Shown: positions 1-6,744 of the stretch, in pieces | Numbering within the stretch: position 1 is the first letter of the stretch | How the letters are laid out: each line of letters starts with the position of its first letter | Assembly (NCBI GenBank): GCA_040225955.1 | Contig: JBECUL010000064.1 | Span: 1-11,131 of the forward strand | Reading direction: 5' to 3' | Source of the DNA: Candidatus Asgardarchaeum abyssi | GTDB taxonomy: Archaea; Asgardarchaeota; Asgardarchaeia; Asgardarchaeales; Asgardarchaeaceae | Length of the DNA stretch: 11,131 nucleotides | Program-made: the position numbers and the translations under genes | Notes under the pieces: model-generated | Databases searched by the model: none | The model's input: the letters and a program-made list of their open reading frames with translations, nothing else | What the model was told of the DNA's origin: nothing

Positions 1-195
1 TCCGTATTGGCTGCGGTGTGGCTGCACTCCTTGCCGAGTGGAATGCCCATCCGAGGGCGAATCCAATCAAATACGCAACTATGGTTGTGTATTCTATTTC
101 TATCATTTTTTTCACCGACAAAAAGGAGTGCGGCGGAAAAAATAATTTTTTCGCAGCCAATACGGATTTTTCACCTAATTAATGCGGAAGTACTG
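1..195 (+). mobile_element. MITE-like non-coding repeat, left copy (outer end cut by window edge)
   Basis: 1-195 is the reverse complement of 10934-11131 except for one T-tract (TTTTTTT vs TTTTATTTAT, 3 nt longer). Similarity stops sharply at ...GGAAGTACTG|. Internal perfect 15-bp inverted repeat TCCGTATTGGCTGCG (1-15)/CGCAGCCAATACGGA (152-166). No transposase present. Confidence 0.75.
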
Positions 196-243
196 ATACT
201 AATTAACTAGTAGATTCGCTGAGATTTTAATAATTTATGCTTT

Positions 244-732
244 TTATTCTCTCTTTATAATGATCATATAGAGATATATTGCAAAAGCAAAGATGAATGA
301 GAATGTACAAAATGAATATATTGTTATAATGGATATTGTCCCGTATAAGGGATTGCCCATTACAGGGAAGAAAGGGTTCATTTCTGAATAAAGGGGAGCA
401 TCTAGCAAAATATGTTTATAAACACCATTAAAAGATCCAGCCATTATTGTTTTCCAATTATAAGATTGTCTAATTTTAAAAGCATCTAATATTGGATCAA
501 AAAACCTTCGTAAATACAGCATTATGGTAAATGTTATCAAGCCCATAATTGTTGCACCAACAAACGTATGAAGATATCCATGTAGCGGATAATTTAGTTT
601 AAAAACAATAACAATCAGTGGTTCTACATCGATTATTACACTTGCAATCAATAAGGTAGGAAGATCAATATAGGCTATAAGTATTAATCCTATTAATAAA
701 GCTGGACCTTCATGAAATGGTGTAAATGGCAT
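244..732 (-). CDS. Small integral membrane protein, putative metal-dependent hydrolase (YdjM/DUF4184-like, MPFTPFH-start family)
   Basis: 162 aa, about 4 hydrophobic segments, with His/Asp motifs MPFTPFH, IIDVE, HGYLHT and HILLD typical of YdjM-like membrane metallohydrolases. Confidence 0.7.
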   Translation of the reverse strand: MPFTPFHEGPALLIGLILIAYIDLPTLLIASVIIDVEPLIVIVFKLNYPLHGYLHTFVGATIMGLITFTIMLYLRRFFDPILDAFKIRQSYNWKTIMAGSFNGVYKHILLDAPLYSEMNPFFPVMGNPLYGTISIITIYSFCTFSFIFAFAIYLYMIIIKRE

Positions 733-1011
733 AATTTAGCACCCCACATAACAATAATAATGAATTACTTTAATAACTACATAAAGTATCTTTCATGCTT
801 AACCTTAAGAGTTATTTTTCACTTTAATATAAAATACCTCCTTTGGAAATTTGCCAGTACTCGAAAATTCATATATCTGCAGTATTCAAGAGACACTGTG
901 GAAATAAAATGATACAGCTTCATCTGCGGGCTCATTTTTTCTACAAATTCTTGCATTAGTGATATTTTTACTTGTTTATTATTCTCTAATTTTTAATTTT
1001 TGAAAGCCTTC

Positions 1012-1026
1012 CGAAACAGTTAAATA
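1012..1026 (+). promoter_or_regulatory. Archaeal BRE + TATA promoter of the putative ncRNA
   Basis: CGAAACAG directly followed by TTAAATA (1020-1026). Canonical spacing puts the start near 1049-1051, where the GC-rich structured block begins. Confidence 0.65.
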
Positions 1027-1049
1027 TTTGTGAGCATTTGTGAGTATTG

Positions 1050-1243
1050 AGGTAGTGTCCGAATGTGGTGGGAGTAAAGCACCGAAAGGACACCGCAATG
1101 TGAAAGGACGCCACGATGTGGGGCTTGTGGGGTTACCCTGAACGGGGTCGAGACCAATGACTTGCTCCCTATGAACCCAGAGGGAGCTGAGGCTGATGAG
1201 GCCCAAGGTGGATGTTCGCTCACCAATGCGGACATTCACTGAA
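1050..1243 (+). ncRNA. Putative structured non-coding RNA of unknown family (K-loop and box C/D-like motifs)
   Basis: About 56% GC (hand count over 1051-1240) in an AT-rich background. 5' and 3' ends pair (1054-1061/1229-1236, 1066-1070/1221-1225, 1080-1083/1207-1210, 1121-1126/1199-1204). Hairpins at 1135-1148 and 1164-1187. Several G-U pairs on the plus strand. Upstream promoter present. Confidence 0.7.
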
Positions 1244-2151
1244 CCCCGTATGTATTATAGCCATAGTCGGACTCACCATCCCAAAAAGCAAAGTATGTCC
1301 CATTGTAAAATGGATTATTCTCACATAGCTTCAGAGCTATTATTTCTGGCATCCCTCCAAAGGTCCATGCCTGTCCTTTTATGAACCACACACCATAAAT
1401 TTCACCTTGATGACTCTTATGTAGGAAAATTTCGTTTGATAAATACGGCTCTGCTGGGTTAAAATCATCTACTATTGTTTTCCAAGTATGATAATTGCTT
1501 ATGTATGTAAAAATCCTGCTCTACTGCACTCTTATTACTTGGATTTAAGTACTCATATGGTGATACAAAACTACCTTCTTCTACAATCCAAGTTTTCGGA
1601 CCATCTGTAACACGTGTATCCACCAATCCAAAATCAAACCCTGCTTCATTTCTATTAGGACCCATATCTTCGCGAGGATATCCTATTGGCTGCCCTTGTA
1701 TCACTTCATCATCTACAGAGACAGTTACATTTTTTAGGTGATCAAGATATGAGTAGATGCTATCATTATGCTGTATGACAAGATAAAAATCACCTGGCTC
1801 TCTCTCAGTTATTTGAATTCTTTTTCCATCAGCTGGAGCCATAACAACTGTTCCTTTATTTACAGAAAACCAGACATGATCTAGCCCTTCTACATGGTTC
1901 CCTCTATGTATTCCAAACTGGCCTATCCCAATGTAGCCACTATGATTTATATCGGATAATCTAACTGGCAACATTAGGTTAACGTTATTTGTTTCGGGTT
2001 CTGAAGGAACTTCAGTGGGTGGTCCTTCATGCTCTTCACCCTCATAGTCACTAAAGTGTAACATTATGAAAAGATAACTTCCTGCAATTAATAATAGTAC
2101 TAAAAATCCAAGGATAAAAATAGTCTTTTTCATAATTATTATGTAAGCCAT
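1236..2151 (-). pseudogene. Membrane-anchored M23/LytM-like peptidase-domain protein, frameshifted near 1480
   Basis: ORF 1465-2151 has an N-terminal TM/signal segment and M23 motifs (HVEGLD, VMAPADG, YLDHL, V..GQPIG). A +1 frame continues for about 80 codons (TIVDDFNPAEPYLSNEIFLHKSHQGEIYGVWF...YNTYGVQ*) to a stop at 1236-1238. Confidence 0.65.
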
Positions 2152-2274
2152 TAAAGATTATAAAATGTTTTTGCCTTCAACTATTTTAATAGAAAATAAC
2201 CATATATACATGAGATTGATTAATACTGATTTTTCTAGAATCTTTTAAGACATGAAAATAAAAAGTTAAGGACA

Positions 2275-3282
2275 TTAGAAGCCAGGTTTAGTGATCTTAG
2301 TAACCTCTTTATTCACAAGATTAGGGGGCACTTCACCTTTTGCGAATGCAATTAAGTTTTTTGCAACAAGAATTGCCATACCTTCACGAGTTTCTTTTCC
2401 AGCACTTCCGATATGAGGTGTTACAACGATGTTCTCTAATTCTAGCAGTTTTGAATCTTTTGGAAGAGGTTCCTTTTTGAAAACATCCAAAGCAGCTCCC
2501 GCTATCCATTGTTCTTTTAAGGCTGTATATAATGCATCTTCATCAACAACAGGACCTCTAGCAGTATTTATTAAATATGCTGTTGGCTTCATACTTTTAA
2601 GTTCCTTTTCACCAATTAGATGATAAGTCTCTTTAGTTAATGGAACGTGTAACGACACAACATCAGATACCTTCAAAAGTTCCTCAAGATTATAAAACTC
2701 GACACCAAGCTCTTTTTCAACATTTTCTTTTCTTATTACGTCATAATAGATTATTTTCATTCCAAAAACTTTTGCTCTTTTTGCAACCTCGTATCCTATG
2801 CCACCCATACCAACAATGCCTAGTACCTTACCCTTAAGATCCATTCCAACCATTAGGTTTGGATGCCATGCAGTTCCAAGTCTTTCCCACTCACCAGATC
2901 TTACAAATTTATCGCCCTCAACTATTCTTCTGGTTATAGCTAATATTAAGCCGATAGTTAAATCTGCTACAGACTCAGAGAGTACGCCTGGTGTATTAGT
3001 GACGTAAATTCCTTTCTCGGTACAAGCATCAACATCTATATTATCATATCCAACTGCATATTGGGCAATTATCCTTAGTTTTTTTGCATAACTAAGGAGT
3101 TCTCTATTTATCTTATCACTTAAGAGAGAAACTAAAGCGTCAATATCCTTGATTTTCTCAACGTAGACATCTCTTGGTGGTGGTTGATATTTATCCCAAA
3201 CTTCAACGTCATAATATTCAGAAATCATATCTATACCTTTTTTAGGAATTTCCCTTGCGATAAATACTTTTGGTCTAGTCAT
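2275..3282 (-). CDS. gyaR: Glyoxylate reductase (D-2-hydroxyacid dehydrogenase family)
   Basis: Strong resemblance to Thermococcales GyaR: PKVFIAREIP, AQYAVGYDNID, GIVGMGGIG (Rossmann), NTARG, LDVFKKEP, TPHIGSA, LVAKNLIAFAKGEVPPNLVN. Start moved to MTRPK (3282), which has an upstream GGTG RBS. Confidence 0.9.
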   Translation of the reverse strand: MTRPKVFIAREIPKKGIDMISEYYDVEVWDKYQPPPRDVYVEKIKDIDALVSLLSDKINRELLSYAKKLRIIAQYAVGYDNIDVDACTEKGIYVTNTPGVLSESVADLTIGLILAITRRIVEGDKFVRSGEWERLGTAWHPNLMVGMDLKGKVLGIVGMGGIGYEVAKRAKVFGMKIIYYDVIRKENVEKELGVEFYNLEELLKVSDVVSLHVPLTKETYHLIGEKELKSMKPTAYLINTARGPVVDEDALYTALKEQWIAGAALDVFKKEPLPKDSKLLELENIVVTPHIGSAGKETREGMAILVAKNLIAFAKGEVPPNLVNKEVTKITKPGF

Positions 3283-3456
3283 ATTCAACACCACTAATAA
3301 ATATTCTACATAAGAAATATAATTCTCTATCAAATATTTTAACATTATTTAATTAGAAATATGATTGTTTTTGGCTTTATTCTAAATAATTTTAATATGT
3401 TTTTTGTTGGGTATAGTTCTTCTCTTTCATATACTAAGTGATCCACCTTAGTTCTC

Positions 3457-4281
3457 TTATTTTCGTCCATTAGATATTGCGGAGATTGCATATTCATAGG
3501 TTTCAGAAGAAATTAAGTCCTTTTGAAATTTTATTTCGGCTATCGTTTTTATTGCATTAATAGTTGCTATTTCAATATCCATTCTATTCATCCAATTAGT
3601 CTCATAATTGAGAAATTCATACCAATTATCATGATAAAAAGCTTTTCTATGTTCCTCTAGTGTCCTATAGAGGATTTTGTAGCCAAATTTTTCTGGACCC
3701 TCAAACGCCATACTTCCAGGGTCCACAAATGGTGCTAAGGATGCAATGAAAGTACTTATCTTTTCAGAAACCATGTTACCAGAAAATTCTGCGGTTTTAA
3801 CAGCCGATTCGACAGTTTGCTTAGGTAAACCTATCATAAAGTAGAGATCTGTCCTTTCAAAACCTAGTTCATTGGCAATTCTTAAAAATTTCAGAAGAGT
3901 TTTTGTCAAGTAAGGCCTTCCGAATTTCTTTCTTATCTCGTCATCATGACTCTCATGAGATATCTGGAGATATATATCACCATCTAATGCCTTCCTTAAC
4001 TTTTGAAGAAACTCTTTGGATGGTGGCTCAAAAAATTCGAACATCAGTGGATTATCAACTTTTGCATCCTTGATAACATTAATGATTTCATCAGCCATCC
4101 CAGTTTGACGTAAATCCCCAACAAAGAAAATAGTTACCTTTGTGCAATCCGCTATCAGAGATACTTCTTTATAAATATCCTCTGGGCGTTTTATTGCTAA
4201 TTTCTTTCTATTAAAGAAATTCTTATAAGAGAAATTAGATACCCCGCATGTTATACAATTATATGAGCATAAATCGTATAG
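3457..4281 (-). pseudogene. 5'-truncated B12-binding/radical SAM protein (Ta0216-like family) remnant
   Basis: The frame stays open upstream of the called ATG (4098) to 4281: LYDL-CSYNCITC-GVSNFSY...KRPEDI...FFVGDLRQ. The CxxxCxxC motif starts at 4269 and an in-frame stop lies at 4282-4284, with no start codon and no B12 domain. Downstream motifs include HESHDDEIR, YFMIGLPKQT, LAPFVDPGS and LNYETNWM. Confidence 0.8.
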
Positions 4282-4410
4282 TTACTTAAAATTGCGTAGG
4301 ATCTTTCACTATTTCTATTAATCCCTGACCTTATCTCTTAACAAAAACTTAGCTATAGACTAATGAATGCTCAGGACTTAACTTAAAAAATTTTACCAAT
4401 AAGTAATTAG

Positions 4411-4438
4411 AAATAAAAAAAGGTGTGGATAAAAATAA
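4411..4438 (-). terminator. Oligo-T tracts, putative archaeal terminator of the malic enzyme gene
   Basis: T5 and T7 runs on the minus strand within about 30 nt of the stop codon at 4444. Confidence 0.4.
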
Positions 4439-4443
4439 AGGTG

Positions 4444-5835
4444 TTATCCTTTATATTTTTTCAGTACCTCATCTTCAGGAGGGGGATTTTGTATTAATCC
4501 TGCTTTCATTAATACATGTACAGATTCACGTGCATTACGAATAATTCTGCTTGCTCTTTCCCAGAGCTCCTGCCTACTCAGTTTTACTCTTGCTACACCT
4601 TGTTTTATAGATTGCTCAGCTGCAGCAACAGCCTCGTATATATAGACTTCCCAGTCTTCCATGGTTGGTATTATATAATCTTCAGATAAGCCCTTTTGTT
4701 CAGCATATTCCGCAAGAGCGTTTGCTGCTGCAATACACATTTCATCAGTTACTGTTGTAGCTTTAACATCTAGTACCCCTCTAAAGATAGCAGGAAATCC
4801 GAGAGAATTGTTGATTTGATTTGGAAAATCTGAACGCCCAGTAGCTATTATTTTTGCACCAGCCTCTTTAGCCTCCCATGGCCAAATTTCGGGAATCGGA
4901 TTTGCTGCTGCAAATACAATCGGATCCTCTTTCATTTGCTTTATCCACTCAGGCTTTATAACACCAGGACCTGGCTTTGAAGCAGCTATTACGGCATCAG
5001 CATCTTTTAGTGCCTCGGCAATGCCACCACTGATGCCATCTGGATTTGTTTTAATCGCCCATTCGTATTTCCATGGATTCTCCTTTTTCATTACTTCCAT
5101 ATCTTTTCTATTTGCGTGAAGAATTCCTTTGCTGTCCACAAGAATCATATTTTCAGGTTTAGCACCAGCTTTTTCAAATACGATAGCAGTTCTAAGATTT
5201 GCCGCACCTGCTCCAATAAATGCTATTCTTACTTCATCCATTTTCTTACCTAATAGTTTTAGTGCATTGGTAAATGCGGCTAAGACAACAGTAGCAGTAC
5301 CTTGCTGGTCGTCATGCCAAACTGGAATATTAAGTTCTTCTCTTGCTTTTTCTAGAACATAATAACATTTAGGGCTAGCAATATCCTCTAAGTTAACTCC
5401 ACCAAAAGTAGGCTCTATCCATTTTAGAGCCTGTATTATTTCATCGGGATCCTTTGTGCTAAGAACTATTGGAAATGCATCAACACCACCAAGATATTTA
5501 AACAAAATAGCTTTTCCTTCCATTACTGGTAATCCAGCCTCAGGTCCTATATCGCCCAATCCAAGAACACGAGTTCCATCGCTAACGACCGCTACGTAGT
5601 TCCATCTATTAGTATATTCAAATGATTCGTCTGGATCATCTTTTATTATTCTGCATGGAGCTGCAACGCCAGGAGTATACCATATTGCAAAATCGTATAA
5701 GCTCCTTATAGCACACTTGGGCATGACTTGTAGCTTTCCCTCATAAAATTTGTGATACTCAATAGCAAGACGAGATGGCTTTTTTGCCTTTTCTAATAAC
5801 TCTTCTACAGTTACTTTCTTCATGTATTGCACCAT
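4444..5835 (-). CDS. mae: NAD(P)-dependent malic enzyme (oxaloacetate-decarboxylating malate dehydrogenase)
   Basis: Motifs YTPGVA, SDGTRVLGLGDIG, PVMEGKA, NLEDI, HDDQQGT, GAGAA, ANPIPEI and ATGRSDFPNQINN. No fused PTA domain. Alternative start at 5823. Confidence 0.95.
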   Translation of the reverse strand: MVQYMKKVTVEELLEKAKKPSRLAIEYHKFYEGKLQVMPKCAIRSLYDFAIWYTPGVAAPCRIIKDDPDESFEYTNRWNYVAVVSDGTRVLGLGDIGPEAGLPVMEGKAILFKYLGGVDAFPIVLSTKDPDEIIQALKWIEPTFGGVNLEDIASPKCYYVLEKAREELNIPVWHDDQQGTATVVLAAFTNALKLLGKKMDEVRIAFIGAGAANLRTAIVFEKAGAKPENMILVDSKGILHANRKDMEVMKKENPWKYEWAIKTNPDGISGGIAEALKDADAVIAASKPGPGVIKPEWIKQMKEDPIVFAAANPIPEIWPWEAKEAGAKIIATGRSDFPNQINNSLGFPAIFRGVLDVKATTVTDEMCIAAANALAEYAEQKGLSEDYIIPTMEDWEVYIYEAVAAAEQSIKQGVARVKLSRQELWERASRIIRNARESVHVLMKAGLIQNPPPEDEVLKKYKG

Positions 5836-5956
5836 CCATAGTAGTTATCCAAAAATAGACTAATAATGATTAAAGACTTTCGCTTTTAGGACTAGAAAAA
5901 AATTACGAGTTTCCCTAGAAAATTAAATTTCTATAAAAATTTGTGTAGATAATCAA

Positions 5957-6688
5957 CTAATATTTTTTCATTTCAATTTCTAAGGCTGCTGTAGGAAAAT
6001 ACTCTCTTATTTTCTTTTTAAGTGTAGCTTCAAATGTGCAAGCATTAGCACCATTTATTTGGCAATCAATTTCTTCTATTTTTTCCACTTCAAGACCTAT
6101 CTTTTCCATAACACCTTGTAGAAATCCACCCATGGAAATGCATGATGACTTAAACTTCGGGTTTCCATTACAAGGACATTTAGACACAGAAATTCTAATT
6201 TTATTATCATCAAAATCAACTTCATTAATTTTGAATCTTAATCGGGGAAGCATTGAGGGCAAGAATATTCCTAACAAACCACTAAGGTATTCTATTGGTT
6301 CTGTCTGCTTGCTAAGTCTTTCAATGATTTTTAAGAACTCCTCTCGACTCGCTAATATATATCCAATTTTTCTGCTTATCTCAAAAATAGAGATAGCTTC
6401 ACCTTTTTTAAAATGTGCATCAATTATGTTTGAAAGATGTTGAAAGAATTTCATTGGGGCATCTGATGTTCTAAACCTATATGTTGCGCTTAGCAACCAG
6501 AATGTATATTTTCCTATGGATCTACGGACTACAAGATCTATTTTTTCTAGTGTGGGTAAATACTTTGCAAGTGTATTTCTATGCCTTCCAGTAACCTCAG
6601 AGAGTTCTTCAATGGTCATACCCCATACAGTACCATCTAAGGCATTTAATATTTCTTCAACTATTTTCTTATTTAATCGTTTATTCAT
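5957..6688 (-). CDS. HTH + V4R-domain transcriptional regulator-like protein
   Basis: N-terminal winged HTH (GMTIEELSEVTGRHRNTLAKYLPTLEKIDLV). C-terminal V4R-type Cys pattern (SKCPC, SSCISMGGFLQG, EEIDCQINGANACTFE). GAGGTGA RBS upstream of ATG 6688; the ORF track starts at 6703. Confidence 0.8.
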   Translation of the reverse strand: MNKRLNKKIVEEILNALDGTVWGMTIEELSEVTGRHRNTLAKYLPTLEKIDLVVRRSIGKYTFWLLSATYRFRTSDAPMKFFQHLSNIIDAHFKKGEAISIFEISRKIGYILASREEFLKIIERLSKQTEPIEYLSGLLGIFLPSMLPRLRFKINEVDFDDNKIRISVSKCPCNGNPKFKSSCISMGGFLQGVMEKIGLEVEKIEEIDCQINGANACTFEATLKKKIREYFPTAALEIEMKKY

Positions 6689-6744
6689 GATATTCACTCT
6701 CACCTCTTTTGTTAAATATTGAATAAAAACACTGGCTTGAAATC

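Noticed and set aside
7-210. 67-aa and 73-aa ORFs in the two terminal repeats (also 10904-11125)
   Set aside because: They have TTG starts inside the inverted repeat, run out of the element to different stops in unrelated flanks, and show no transposase motifs. The in-frame 3-nt indel is weak evidence for coding.
760-975. Possible small ORF or gene remnant (45-aa MQEFVEKM... on minus; 712-912 on plus) and a CAGTACT match at ~855
   Set aside because: No recognisable motifs or RBS, and a 7-bp match to the repeat end is expected by chance.
1048-1115. Lysine or cobalamin riboswitch resemblance (GAGUA, GAAAGG, CCGCAAUGUGA)
   Set aside because: Motif order and spacing do not fit, and there is no downstream same-strand gene to regulate.
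1193-1215. Hammerhead ribozyme core CUGAUGAG
   Set aside because: No stem II followed by GAAA-stem III-UH in the required arrangement.
1120-1225. tRNA/tmRNA-like ends (GGGGCU...GUUCG...ACCA)
   Set aside because: No T-arm or acceptor-stem geometry; GUUCG is only 3 nt from ACCA.
979-1384. Short ORFs 979-1239, 1020-1235 and 1196-1384
   Set aside because: By-products of the GC-rich RNA island or antisense to the M23 continuation, with no protein-like motifs.
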